DNA of 64,000 bases from Spirochaetales bacterium. Its GTDB lineage: Bacteria > Spirochaetota > Spirochaetia > Treponematales > UBA12059. Under the pieces are notes generated by a model. That model did no database searches, was not told the origin of the DNA, and saw only the letters and a list, made by a program, of their open reading frames with translations. A program made the position numbers and the translations under genes. The stretch's first letter is position 1, and every line of letters begins with the position of its first letter. The stretch spans positions 186,001-250,000 of the forward strand of contig JAFGJV010000004.1 of the NCBI GenBank assembly GCA_016928955.1, given 5' to 3'. Positions 29,669 to 39,699 of the stretch are shown here, piece by piece.

Positions 29669-30951
29669 AACGGGTATTCATGATCTGGGCCCTTGCCGTA
29701 CTTGCTCTTGCCCAATCCGCCTGCGGTTCAGGCTCCCGCGCGGGAGAAGGCCCCTCCGATAGCTTTACCATGGTCCGCCCGGCGGTTCATGAGGACGCTG
29801 GTTATTCTGGCCACGCGGCAGAGCCAGACGCGTCGGTCTTCTACCGGAACGACGAAGCATGGGCACAGGACATATACGCGGATAACCATATCCTGGCTAC
29901 GGCATACACCCAAAACGGTCCAATTTTCGCGTGGAGCGATGGATCCATATCTGTGGGCGGCACGGACCAGTCGGTCAGGCGGGATGAAGCCTTTGACCCT
30001 TCCGGCTTGGTGGAACTTGCCGTCACCCGGAGCGTATGCCTGGTTTCCGGACAGGATGGCGTCGTCAGGGCGTATCATCTTCCTCGCTTGGAGGAACTCT
30101 GGACCAGTAAAAAACGCACGGGGCGCATACTGGCAGCCGGCGGTGGAGCTTTGTGGGTCGAATCTGGCGATGTTGCGGTGCTACGCGGGGCGGACACGGG
30201 AGCCGTGGCTCAGTCCTTTCCCCTGGAAACGGCGTCGGTTTGGGTCCAGCCGGCCACCAACGGCGATGCCCTCTACCTTGCCTTGGGTGGCGGCAGGGTA
30301 GTGGCCCTCAGACCTGAAGACGGGGCAGTGCTATGGGATGCCACCCTGGGCGGCGTGGACTATATCCTGTGCTCGGACGACGCCGTATGGGTCCTGCGCG
30401 CCGATCAGGTGCTGGAGCTGGATCCTCTTGACGGCTCCATCCGGAAACGATCCGAGCTGCCTGCGCTACCGTTGTCACGCCCTTTCGTCAACGAGCAGGG
30501 ACTGCTGTGCTACAAAGGGGCGGACGGCTACATGTATTCGTCGTCAGCGCCGCAGCCGGATCAACGGAGCGTACCGCCTGCCGTCTGCGAGACGCTGTCG
30601 TCCTACCTGCTGGACAGCACGCTTGCCGCCGCAGGTGATACGTATCTTCCCTTTGTTGATATGGCTCCCCATGACGGAGCGTATCCCTTCACCGTGTTCC
30701 AGTGGTTCACTCCAGACAACGCGGCCGAGTTTGCCCTGGAAGCCCTGGAGGCCGACGGTCAGACACCGGCTAGCGGAGCTGTGCTGTGCGTGTTCGACTA
30801 TGACGGCAACCTGCTCATGTCCAACGTAGATGATTTGGGTGCCCACGCCGTCAGTGTCCACTCCTTCAATCCCTCGGAGGGGTATTACCTGGCTCTGGGC
30901 ACGCGTGAAGACGCAACACGGCCCCTGGTGCTCAGAGTCCGCCTTCCCTGA
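29665..30951 (+). CDS. PQQ-like beta-propeller lipoprotein (BamB-like repeats)
   Basis: LAQSAC lipobox; repeats such as 'ALRPEDGAVLW' and 'LDPLDGSI'. Confidence 0.7.
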   Translation: MKRVFMIWALAVLALAQSACGSGSRAGEGPSDSFTMVRPAVHEDAGYSGHAAEPDASVFYRNDEAWAQDIYADNHILATAYTQNGPIFAWSDGSISVGGTDQSVRRDEAFDPSGLVELAVTRSVCLVSGQDGVVRAYHLPRLEELWTSKKRTGRILAAGGGALWVESGDVAVLRGADTGAVAQSFPLETASVWVQPATNGDALYLALGGGRVVALRPEDGAVLWDATLGGVDYILCSDDAVWVLRADQVLELDPLDGSIRKRSELPALPLSRPFVNEQGLLCYKGADGYMYSSSAPQPDQRSVPPAVCETLSSYLLDSTLAAAGDTYLPFVDMAPHDGAYPFTVFQWFTPDNAAEFALEALEADGQTPASGAVLCVFDYDGNLLMSNVDDLGAHAVSVHSFNPSEGYYLALGTREDATRPLVLRVRLP

Positions 30952-31618
30952 CCATGATGGCGTCCACCGTGGCGTCGGGCTCGGCGCCCAGCAGCGCGGA
31001 CGTGACCTGGTGGCCCCCGCACACGTTGGCCGACGAGTAGAGGGCGGCCAGATGCGCCTGTTCCGAATAATCGGCCAGGGCGTCCGTGACAAAGGCCACC
31101 GAAAAGCCACGGTCGGACGCGTCGCGCGCCGTGGTGTTCACGCACTGGCTGGTGGTCAACCCGGTCATGAACATGAGCCCCACCCGTAGCTCCTTGAGCA
31201 GCGCTTCGAGCTTGCCCGAGGTAAATCCGGAATACCCTGTTTTGTCGAACACCAGTTCGCCAGCGGCTGGCTCAAGCTCAGGCGGCATGCCGGCAAGTTC
31301 CTGGTCGCACAGCGGATAGGTATCCTGATACCCCTCGGCCAGGGCCGCGTCGTAGAAACGCTTGAAGTAGCGATGCAGGTCCGATCGATCCTCTTTACTC
31401 CCGCAGAGCCGCAGGTACACCACCGGCCAGGAGCGCGAGCGGAAGAGCGGTAGCAGTCGTCCGAGCGCGGGTATCACCTGCTGTCGGACCCGATTCGCTA
31501 TGTAGCCGGTGCCGCCCGGCCTCAGGCGCTCGGAATAGCGCCTGAAAGGCGCGTCCGGGTCCAGGTAATAGCGTTGGACGTCGACAACAACCAGCGCCGG
31601 GAGCCTCCGCCCGCTCAA
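30932..31618 (-). CDS. Isochorismatase family cysteine hydrolase
   Basis: ALVVVDVQ, KTGYSGF, GLTTSQCVNTTARDA. Confidence 0.92.
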   Translation of the reverse strand: MSGRRLPALVVVDVQRYYLDPDAPFRRYSERLRPGGTGYIANRVRQQVIPALGRLLPLFRSRSWPVVYLRLCGSKEDRSDLHRYFKRFYDAALAEGYQDTYPLCDQELAGMPPELEPAAGELVFDKTGYSGFTSGKLEALLKELRVGLMFMTGLTTSQCVNTTARDASDRGFSVAFVTDALADYSEQAHLAALYSSANVCGGHQVTSALLGAEPDATVDAIMVREGGL

Positions 31619-32889
31619 ATGATGGTACCCGGCGGAATGGCGGCGTTTTTGGGTATGACGATGATGCCGTCCACGATGTAGTAGTGCTCATACTCGCCAT
31701 CGACCCTGGGCAGGTCGTCTATGCCTATGCGGCAGTTGGCTCCTATGCGGGCGTTTTTGTCTATGATGGCGCGCTTTATGATGGTGCCCATGCCTATGCC
31801 TATGTTCGGCCGGCCGGCCGCCTCGTTGGCGGCCTTTTCGTCGTCGTTCTCGTAATAATCCGCGCCCATGCACACCACGCCGTCCAGGCTGGCGCCTGTT
31901 TCTATGATGGTCCGGATACCGACTATCGAGCCGGATATGGACGCGTTGGTTATTATGCAGCCGTCGGCGCTCAAAGACCGGTTGAGGGTGCAATAATTCA
32001 GCTTGGACGCCGGCAGGTTGCGCCTGTGGGTGTAGATGGGCATGTGCTCGTCGTAGAAATTGAACTCCGGCGTCATGTCGCTCAGGTCCAGGTTCGCGTC
32101 GTAGAAGCTCTTGATGGTTCCTATGTCCTCCCAGTAGCCCTCGAACATGTAGGCGTTTACGGGCTTGGATTTCAGTATGGCCGGTATCACGTCCTTGCCG
32201 AAATCGTTGTGGGCGTTGGCCAAGGCCTCCTCCATCAGGGCGGCGTCGAATATGTATATGCCCATGGATGCCAGGTAATCCTTGCCCCCGGTCCTGCGGT
32301 CGTGCCTCAGTTCTTTTGGGATTTTATAGTTGTCAATGTCCAGGTCAGGCGCAGGCTTTTCCATGAAATCCAGGATGCGCGACTGTGCGTCCATCTGCAT
32401 GATCCCGAATCCGGACGCGGCTTCCCTGTCCACGGTGGTGCAGGCTATGGTCAGGGGGCAGCCGGACTCCACATGCCGCTTGAACATGTCAGCCAAGTCC
32501 ATGCGGTACAGCTGGTCGCCCGACACGATCAGGTAATGGCTGGGATGCTGGGGGCGGAAGTGGTTCAGGTTTTTGCGCACGGCGTCCGCGGTGCCCTCGT
32601 ACCATCCCGTGTGCGTGAGCGTCTGCTCGGCTGCCAGGATCTCCACAAAGCCGTCGGAAAAGGTGTCGAACACGTAGGTGCGCGCGATATGCAGGTGGAG
32701 AGACGCGGAGTTGAACTGGGTCAGGATGTATATTTGCTTGAAGCCGGAATTGATGCAGTTGGATATGGGTATGTCGACGATACGGTATTTGCCGCCAAAG
32801 GGAACGGCGGGTTTTGCCCTGTCTTTGGTCAGCGGGAACAGCCGAGTACCTTTGCCGCCGCCAAGGACGATGGACAGCACCTTTTGCAT
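31615..32889 (-). CDS. glgC: Glucose-1-phosphate adenylyltransferase
   Basis: LGGGKGTRLFPLTKDRAKPAVPFGGKYR, WYEGTADAV, SMGIYIF, YWEDIGT. Confidence 0.98.
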   Translation of the reverse strand: MQKVLSIVLGGGKGTRLFPLTKDRAKPAVPFGGKYRIVDIPISNCINSGFKQIYILTQFNSASLHLHIARTYVFDTFSDGFVEILAAEQTLTHTGWYEGTADAVRKNLNHFRPQHPSHYLIVSGDQLYRMDLADMFKRHVESGCPLTIACTTVDREAASGFGIMQMDAQSRILDFMEKPAPDLDIDNYKIPKELRHDRRTGGKDYLASMGIYIFDAALMEEALANAHNDFGKDVIPAILKSKPVNAYMFEGYWEDIGTIKSFYDANLDLSDMTPEFNFYDEHMPIYTHRRNLPASKLNYCTLNRSLSADGCIITNASISGSIVGIRTIIETGASLDGVVCMGADYYENDDEKAANEAAGRPNIGIGMGTIIKRAIIDKNARIGANCRIGIDDLPRVDGEYEHYYIVDGIIVIPKNAAIPPGTII

Positions 32890-32958
32890 GATACGCTCCT
32901 TACTAGTAGTCTCGGGTCTGAGTGCACAGGCAGGCCGCTTCATAGTATAGTCTCAGCC

Positions 32959-35265
32959 ATGAGCGCTGTCACCGATTTCCTGGACGATTTTTTGGCGGAT
33001 CCCGAATTTGGCCCCTCGGTCGGCCACGTGGAGCGCCTTCCGCCGCGGGACGCCGTGTGGGCTGACCTGCCTGCGGACCTGCCCGATGGCATACGCCGCG
33101 CCCTGGCCGCCCGCGGAGTAGAGCGCCTGTACTCCCACCAGGCCCAATCCCTTGCGCTTGCCAGAGCCGGCAGGGATTTTGTGGTCGTGACGCCGACGGC
33201 CAGCGGCAAAACCCTCTGTTACAATCTGCCGGTGGCGGAAACCTTGGTGCAGGATCCAGACGCACGGGCCTTGTACCTGTTTCCCACCAAGGCCCTGTCC
33301 CAGGACCAGCAGGCCGAGCTGAACGCCCTCGTCACCAGCGGGAACCTGCCCATCAAGGCCGCCACCTACGACGGCGACACGCCGCAGAGCGTACGGGCGT
33401 CCGCCAGGGACACGGGGCGCATAGTGATTACTAATCCTGACATGCTCCATTCCGGCGTCCTGCCGAACCACGCCAAATGGATCAGTTTCTTTGCTGGCCT
33501 GCGTTACGTGGTGGTTGACGAAATGCACGCGTACCGCGGCGTGTTTGGCAGCCACGTGGCAAATGTGCTCAGGCGCCTCCTTAGGGTAGCCGCCTTCTAC
33601 GGTTCATCGCCCAGGCTGATATTCTGCTCCGCCACCATAGGCAATCCCGCCGAGCTTGCCGGCCTGCTTGCCGGACGTCCCGTGGAAGCGGTCACGGAAA
33701 ACGGGGCGCCGAGCTCGGAAAAAGCCGTGCTGTTCTACAACCCGCCGCTTTTGGATCCCGTCCAGGGCATACGCAAAAGCTCCGCGTTGCAGTCTCGGTC
33801 CATAGCCGCCCGCCTCCTGGAACGCGGCGTGCGGACCATACTGTTTGCCCGGTCGCGCGTGCGCGTGGAGCTTATCGCATCCTACCTCAACGAGCATTTT
33901 AGAAACCTGTACACGGAAAATTCAGGCGTTCGCGTCGAGCCGTACCGCTCCGGCCTCTTGCCAACGGAACGGAGGGAAATCGAGCGCGGCCTCCGCGAGG
34001 GAACGGTCCACGGCGTGGTGTCGACCAATGCGCTTGAACTGGGCATAGACATAGGCGGCCTGGACGCAGCAGTCATAGCCGGCTGGCCGGGCGGGCTGGC
34101 ATCGTTCTGGCAACAGGCAGGGAGGGCGGGCAGGAGACGCGACCTTTCCGTGGCCGTGTACGTGGCGACAGGATCGCCTTTGGACCAGTATCTGATCAAC
34201 CATCCCGAACGCGTGTTCGGAAAGGGCGCCGAGAACGCGCGCATCGACCCATACAACCCGTATATCTACCTGGACCACCTTAAATGCGCGGCCTTTGAGC
34301 TGCCGTTCCGCGACGGGGAGAAATTCGGAGACGATCCTTCAGAAGGCCTTTCCATGCTCGAGGACGAGGGCATTGTGAGGCACACCGGCGGCCGCTGGTT
34401 CTGGGCCAGCCAGGGCTACCCGGCTGAAAAGCTGTCCCTGCGCTCGGCCACGTCGGACAATATCGTCATCGTTGACGCGACCGAAGGCCGTAACGCCGTC
34501 ATTGGGGAAATGGACAGGCCCAGCGCCAAGGAGCTGATCTTTGACGACGCCGTGTATATACACCGGGGCAGGCAGTATATCGTCCTCAAGCTGGACTTGG
34601 AAAACCGGATATGCACGGTCGAGGAACGTGACGTGAACTACTACACGGACGCCGTGGTCAAGACGGACCTTAAGGTGCTCTGCGAAGACCAGCGTTTTGG
34701 CCCGGATTCAGCGCCCGCTGTGCTGGGAGACATCCTGGTGCGTAGCCAGGCTGAAAAATTCAAGAAACTGCGCTTTCACAGCCATGAAAACGTCGGGTAC
34801 GGAGAAATTTACCTGCCACCGGAAGAAATGCAGACCCGGGCCCTGGCCATCCTGTTCCCCGAAGGGAGCCGGGCCGCCGACGTACTGGATTCTGCGTCCA
34901 ACGACATGAGGAAGGCGGCCCTCCTGTCCGGGCTGCTCCAGCTTATGAAAAGCCTGGCGCCGGTGCAGCTGTTGTGCGACGCGGCCGACCTAGGCGGCGC
35001 GTGGCGCCTGCGGGACGATCATTACGGCGTGCCTGCTTTGTACCTGTGGGACCGCTACCCGGGCGGAACGGGCCTGGCTGAGGCTTTGGGTCCCATGCTT
35101 GGCTCGCTTGCCCGCGCAGCGTCCGAGCGAGCCAGTACCTGCGATTGCGAGGATGGCTGCCCCTCGTGCCTGGGCGTGTATGACGGCAATCCCGACTTTG
35201 CCCGCGGCCGGAAAAAAACCGCGCTGTCTGCCCTGAAAATCCTTGCCGATGCCTGGAGGGCGTAA
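32959..35265 (+). CDS. DEAH-box helicase with C-terminal DUF1998 zinc domain (MrfA/YprA/Hrq1-like)
   Basis: Start reassigned to ATG 32959; LYSHQ, TPTASGKT, DEMH, SAT, QAGRAGR, CDCEDGCPSC. Confidence 0.93.
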   Translation: MSAVTDFLDDFLADPEFGPSVGHVERLPPRDAVWADLPADLPDGIRRALAARGVERLYSHQAQSLALARAGRDFVVVTPTASGKTLCYNLPVAETLVQDPDARALYLFPTKALSQDQQAELNALVTSGNLPIKAATYDGDTPQSVRASARDTGRIVITNPDMLHSGVLPNHAKWISFFAGLRYVVVDEMHAYRGVFGSHVANVLRRLLRVAAFYGSSPRLIFCSATIGNPAELAGLLAGRPVEAVTENGAPSSEKAVLFYNPPLLDPVQGIRKSSALQSRSIAARLLERGVRTILFARSRVRVELIASYLNEHFRNLYTENSGVRVEPYRSGLLPTERREIERGLREGTVHGVVSTNALELGIDIGGLDAAVIAGWPGGLASFWQQAGRAGRRRDLSVAVYVATGSPLDQYLINHPERVFGKGAENARIDPYNPYIYLDHLKCAAFELPFRDGEKFGDDPSEGLSMLEDEGIVRHTGGRWFWASQGYPAEKLSLRSATSDNIVIVDATEGRNAVIGEMDRPSAKELIFDDAVYIHRGRQYIVLKLDLENRICTVEERDVNYYTDAVVKTDLKVLCEDQRFGPDSAPAVLGDILVRSQAEKFKKLRFHSHENVGYGEIYLPPEEMQTRALAILFPEGSRAADVLDSASNDMRKAALLSGLLQLMKSLAPVQLLCDAADLGGAWRLRDDHYGVPALYLWDRYPGGTGLAEALGPMLGSLARAASERASTCDCEDGCPSCLGVYDGNPDFARGRKKTALSALKILADAWRA

Positions 35266-35268
35266 GGC

Positions 35269-36450
35269 GTGCCGAACGATCTGAGATCCAGGCTGAAGCG
35301 GATCAGGGAAAGTTCAGCCACGGCGGGCCAGGCCAGGCCCATGAACCCGGGCGGCAAGGCTCGGTGCGAGGACGGGGCGCCCGCGCGTTCAGAATGGCTC
35401 GAGCGACACGGCTGGGCACGCCTTGGCGACCAGGTTTGGGAGCGGCGCGTGGAGTGTCCCGGCATACATGCTGGAGCGACCATGGACGCCGGCTACCTCA
35501 GCGCGCGCGGCCGAGGTAGCCTGGTAGCTCCGGAAGACATAGTTTTTTTCGATCTGGAAACCACCGGGCTGTCGGGCGGGACGGGCACAATCGCTTTCCT
35601 GTCAGCATTTGGTTCGTTCGGGCGGCATGGCTACTCAGTGCGGCAGATATTCCTGGAGGATTATCCGGGCGAGCCCTTGTTCCTGGAAGCATCAGGCGAC
35701 GAATTGTCCCGCTTTAAGGCGGTGGCAAGCTACAACGGCGCGTCGTTTGACCTGCCCCTGTACAAGGCGCGCCGTACCATGAACGGACTGCCTCCGGTGG
35801 CGCCTGCTTTGTCGCTCGACCTCCTGCACGCGGCGCGGAGGCTGTGGCGCGGAGTGCTTCCTGACTGCTCGCTCAGCTCGGTGGAACGCGGCGTCTTGGG
35901 AGTGCGGCGTACGGATGACCTGCCCGGTTCCGAGGTGCCGGACGCGTGGTTCAGGTTCCTGGCAACAGGCCCGCACCCGGAGCTGGCCCTGGCCATGGAT
36001 CATAATCAGGCTGATGTAGCGGGCTTGGCGTCCTTATACGGACTCCTGAGCGCCGGGCTTGCCGCCGGACGGCTACGGAAAGCGGATCCGCGCGGGCTGG
36101 CGTCGCTCATTGCCAGGGTCGATCTCGGGAGGGCTGCCCGCGTGCTGGAACGCTCGCTCAGAACAGGAGACGCCGGAGCCGTTCCCGAACTCATGCGCCT
36201 GTACTGGAAACTCGGCCGCAGGGACGAGCGTTTGGCCCTGATACCCTTGCTTCCGGACGATGCCCGTGGCCTGTACCTGAAGTCCATCCACGCGGAACGG
36301 GTGCTCGGCGACGCCCAAAGCGCAACCAGGTTCGCGGAGTCGGCTGCCAAGCTGGCCGGCTCGTCTGAGAAAGCGTGCGACGCTGTGCTCGCTCGAAGGG
36401 CGGACCGCAGGCTCAGGCGACTTGAGCAGCTGCTGGCTCCTGACGCATAG
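35269..36450 (+). CDS. RNase H-like exonuclease (MrfB/YprB-like)
   Basis: FFDLETTGLSGG, SYNGASFDLP, DLLH, HNQADV; directly downstream of the helicase. Confidence 0.88.
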   Translation: MPNDLRSRLKRIRESSATAGQARPMNPGGKARCEDGAPARSEWLERHGWARLGDQVWERRVECPGIHAGATMDAGYLSARGRGSLVAPEDIVFFDLETTGLSGGTGTIAFLSAFGSFGRHGYSVRQIFLEDYPGEPLFLEASGDELSRFKAVASYNGASFDLPLYKARRTMNGLPPVAPALSLDLLHAARRLWRGVLPDCSLSSVERGVLGVRRTDDLPGSEVPDAWFRFLATGPHPELALAMDHNQADVAGLASLYGLLSAGLAAGRLRKADPRGLASLIARVDLGRAARVLERSLRTGDAGAVPELMRLYWKLGRRDERLALIPLLPDDARGLYLKSIHAERVLGDAQSATRFAESAAKLAGSSEKACDAVLARRADRRLRRLEQLLAPDA

Positions 36451-36474
36451 CTGCGGGCGCAAAAAAAACCTTGA

Positions 36475-37509
36475 TCAGTCCTGATCGGCCTTGAGCGTGT
36501 CGCCAAGCTGGCCGCAGGCGCCAGCCACGCCCCTCCCGCGCCGTGCCCTGCGCACCGCAGTCAGCCCGAGCCGTTCCAGCTCGTTCTCATACGCGGATAC
36601 CTCGGCCCGTGACGGCTCATGGTAGGGCAAGCCATCGACGGGGTTCCAGGGTATGACGTTCACCTGTACCTTGAGCCCGCGCGCCCAGGCCGCCACCGCC
36701 CTTGCCGAATCAACGCCGGCGTTGGTGCCGGCCATAAGTGCTGTTTCCAGGGTGATCCTGTCGCCGCTGGCCTTTTGGTACACCAGCAGGGCATCCTTCA
36801 AGGCCGCCAGGTTCCAGGTCTTGTTGACCGGCATGAGTTCGTTCCTGATACGCTCGTCAGCGGCCGTCAGGGATATGGCCAGGCGTACGTGCGGACCGTT
36901 CTGGGCAAGGTCCAAGATGCCGGGAACCAGTCCGCAGGTGGATAGGGTGATTTTCCGTTTTGACAGCCCAAAGCCGTCAGGGTGTGTGAGTATGGCTATA
37001 GACGACCTGACGGCGGCCAGGTTGAGCAAAGGTTCGCCCATGCCCATGTACACGACATTCTGGATACGTCCCCGTATTGCTGACAGGTGCAGGTACTGCT
37101 CGACGATCTCATGGGTTTCCAGGTTGCGGAGAAAGCCCAGCGTGCCCGTTTTGCAAAAGGCGCAGGCCATGGGACAGCCCACCTGGGACGACAGGCACGC
37201 GGTGAGCCTGCCCTCATGGTCGCAAAGGAGCACGGACTCCACGGCCGCTCCGTCCCCAAGGCGGATCTTGAGCTTGATCGAACCGTCGGGGTCGCCCAGG
37301 CTGCCGTCTACGGAGCTCGAGTACAGGCTTGGCAATAGGGCGGCCAGGCGCTCGCGCTCTGCCGCGGGGAAATCCGTCATGTCCGCGAACGACCGGGCGC
37401 CCTTGACTATCCACTTGAATACCTGCAGGCCGCGGTATGCCTTGTCCAGCCCATAAGCGCGGCTTATGTCCTCGGGCAGCAAACCCGCGGGGTAGGGAGC
37501 ATTGTCCAT
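36475..37509 (-). CDS. rlmN: 23S rRNA m2A2503 methyltransferase RlmN (radical SAM)
   Basis: CLSSQVGCPMACAFC, MGMGEP, ACGQL. Confidence 0.95.
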   Translation of the reverse strand: MDNAPYPAGLLPEDISRAYGLDKAYRGLQVFKWIVKGARSFADMTDFPAAERERLAALLPSLYSSSVDGSLGDPDGSIKLKIRLGDGAAVESVLLCDHEGRLTACLSSQVGCPMACAFCKTGTLGFLRNLETHEIVEQYLHLSAIRGRIQNVVYMGMGEPLLNLAAVRSSIAILTHPDGFGLSKRKITLSTCGLVPGILDLAQNGPHVRLAISLTAADERIRNELMPVNKTWNLAALKDALLVYQKASGDRITLETALMAGTNAGVDSARAVAAWARGLKVQVNVIPWNPVDGLPYHEPSRAEVSAYENELERLGLTAVRRARRGRGVAGACGQLGDTLKADQD

Positions 37510-37528
37510 GCGCCGTCCTTGAAAGAGC

Positions 37529-37554
37529 CGCGCCCCCGGCCGGCCGGGGGCGCG
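37529..37554. terminator. Perfect 26-bp GC palindrome (terminator/processing hairpin)
   Basis: CGCGCCCCCGGCCGGCCGGGGGCGCG between the TPR gene and rlmN; short U-rich tail on the - strand. Confidence 0.5.
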
Positions 37555-37574
37555 AAAAACACTGCCAGTCCGTT

Positions 37575-38720
37575 TCAGTTCTGTATGCGCGACAAGAGCT
37601 CGCTGATCTGCGGATTACGAATGCCGAGCCGCTGGAACTCAACCAGGGTTTCCTCCGCCTTGCGCTTGTCGCCCACGGCCAGGTAGCACTGGGCCAGCTC
37701 CAGATACAGGCGATAGTTCTTGGCGTCGTTCTGCACCAGCCGGGTCAGGGAGTCGATGGCGTCCTGAACCTTGCCCTGCAGCCTGGATATGGTGGCCAGA
37801 CCGAGCACGGCGTACGCGTCGAACTCGATGTTCAAGGCGCGTTCGTAATACTCAACGGCGGTGGGAAGGTTTTCCATGGTACGGTACGCGTCGCCCGCCC
37901 GCGTGAGGATCACCTTGTTGCGCGGGTCCCTGTCCAGAATCTTATTCCAATACACCAGGGACTTCTCGGGATTCCCTATGCCGCGATAGCAGTCTGCCAG
38001 GCCGAAGAGGGCGTAAAAATTGTCCGGTTCCTTGCCCAGGGCCTTCTCGAAATAGGGAACCCCAAGCTCGAACTGCTTGAGCTTGCGGTGGCAGTTGCCT
38101 ATGGACGTGAGCACCCGTATGTCCACCGCCTCGCCCTGGGCGTCTACCATGCGCTGCCAGTAATGCAAGGCGTCACGGTATTCCTTGAAGTCGTAGTGGA
38201 GGTGCCCAAGGCCTATCAGGGCGTAGGGATTGTTGTCCTCCATCTCGAGTACCCTGAGGTAGATGGCCTTGGATTTGCGGAAATCCCTGACCTTGCGGTA
38301 AGCGTCCGCTATACGGGTCAGTACCGTGATGTTGCGGTTGTCGTGAAGCAGGTACTGTTCCCAAATCTCGATGGCTTTCTGGTACTGATTCAGGGCCTTG
38401 TAACAGTCTGCCAGGCCAAAAAGGGCGTAATTGTTGCCCGGATGGTACACCAGGCACTTCTTGTAGTGATCCACGGCGTCCCTGTACGCTCCGCGCTTGC
38501 GGGCCGCGTCGCCGAGTCCGACCAGAGCGTAGTTATTCTCGGGATCCTGTTCCAGGATCTTGCTGAAGTTACGCTCGGCGTCCGCCACGCGGTTTTCCTT
38601 GAGGTACTGGTATCCCTTTTTGGAAAGATCCGCGATTTCCACGATTTCTGGATTCTGCTGGGGGGCCGTCCCGGCTTGTGAATCCGCCTCGTGGTTCTGG
38701 TTGGTAAGATGGTCGCTCAT
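37575..38720 (-). CDS. Tetratricopeptide repeat protein
   Basis: Regular 34-aa repeats (NNYALFGLADCY...). Confidence 0.93.
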   Translation of the reverse strand: MSDHLTNQNHEADSQAGTAPQQNPEIVEIADLSKKGYQYLKENRVADAERNFSKILEQDPENNYALVGLGDAARKRGAYRDAVDHYKKCLVYHPGNNYALFGLADCYKALNQYQKAIEIWEQYLLHDNRNITVLTRIADAYRKVRDFRKSKAIYLRVLEMEDNNPYALIGLGHLHYDFKEYRDALHYWQRMVDAQGEAVDIRVLTSIGNCHRKLKQFELGVPYFEKALGKEPDNFYALFGLADCYRGIGNPEKSLVYWNKILDRDPRNKVILTRAGDAYRTMENLPTAVEYYERALNIEFDAYAVLGLATISRLQGKVQDAIDSLTRLVQNDAKNYRLYLELAQCYLAVGDKRKAEETLVEFQRLGIRNPQISELLSRIQN

Positions 38721-39064
38721 GTCTTTTCCTCTTCCGTGAGCATTTTTCGTATAGCCAAAGCCGCCTTTTCAAGCAGCGCTTCGCTCCGTTTGTCGTCATG
38801 GGCAAGCTTGAACATTTTAAGGGCGTCTACCGGCTTGCCGCCGTCCAGGTAACGCTCGCCAATGCGGATAAGTCCGTCCGAGTAGCCGGTTGTCTGGAAA
38901 ATGCGCCTGGCCGTGTCGTAGTCGCCCTTGTTGAACATGGTATTGCCTCTGAGATTGAGGCGGGCCTTCTGCTCGGCGCTGAGTTCGGCATTCGGCTCAT
39001 CAACGGCCTTGATAAGCCCTTCGTCCGGGAATTTGGATAAGATTGTTTCATCCATATCAATCAT
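38717..39064 (-). CDS. Hypothetical helical protein
   Basis: ATGA overlap with the TPR gene; RGNTMFNKG...TTGYSDGLIRIG TPR-like segment. Confidence 0.8.
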   Translation of the reverse strand: MIDMDETILSKFPDEGLIKAVDEPNAELSAEQKARLNLRGNTMFNKGDYDTARRIFQTTGYSDGLIRIGERYLDGGKPVDALKMFKLAHDDKRSEALLEKAALAIRKMLTEEEKT

Positions 39065-39470
39065 ATACTGCCATTGTAAGAACGGTTACAGGTTTATCAT
39101 ACGCTCGCGACATTAAGGGGTCGCGAAACTATACGATAGATGTTTAAAATAATCAATTGAAAGATGGTTGAGTGCATAGAATGGAAATTTTCGAATATTC
39201 TCGATTTCAGGAAACCAGCACTTGTTGATAGACTTGTGGCATTGTTGCCTTGAGGATGCCGCGCATGGTCCGTTTTGATTGAAATGTTTAGCAGACACCG
39301 CGGAGCGCGGTGGCCATGCCATTCAAACTGGTCAATCCAGGACTGAATTTTTACATTTGTGCGCTACAATCTGTACAAGACGGTGGGCAGGCACGGAGCC
39401 AAGCGCCCGGTACCTCATACTTTCACGCACCATGACGGCGGCTCTGGAGTCGCTGGGATCGGAGCGCTAG

Positions 39471-39641
39471 ATGGAACGCGACGAGATTTGCACGCATCTC
39501 CAACAGGTTATATCCGAGCCCGGTATCCAGGACCAGGTCCAACGACTGTTTCCAAAAAACCTGAAACCACGGAAAAAACCAGCCGGGCTCGAGGACGCGG
39601 ACAGTCGATTGGCCAAGCTCATGAGGGAACTCGACCACTGA
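39471..39641 (+). CDS. Small ORF, 56 aa (below the track cutoff)
   Basis: GGAG 6 nt before the ATG; MERDEICTHLQQVISEPGIQDQVQRLFPKNLKPRKKPAGLEDADSRLAKLMRELDH. Confidence 0.4.
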   Translation: MERDEICTHLQQVISEPGIQDQVQRLFPKNLKPRKKPAGLEDADSRLAKLMRELDH

Positions 39642-39699
39642 CAGCCCGCTGAAAAGCATTGGGTTTTTTGAACAGCCTTCTACACATTCTGCCAGAGAA

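Noticed and set aside
31684..32958. 425-aa N-terminal extension of the 1193-aa track ORF
   Set aside because: It is the antisense shadow of glgC; helicase similarity starts at ATG 32959.
32959..36450. DISARM/Druantia-type anti-phage system
   Set aside because: No methylase, DrmC/D/E or DruA-D neighbours; the housekeeping context and the exonuclease partner fit MrfAB.
36461..36468. Other homopolymers (A8 at 36461, A7 near 35212, T8 at 51823) as recoding sites
   Set aside because: They are intergenic or terminator tails, or lie in an intact frame with no alternative long ORF.
39118..39240. Possible dif site or oriC in the AT-rich gap
   Set aside because: Only loose resemblance to a XerD arm, no exact TTATCCACA box cluster seen, and no dnaA/dnaN context.
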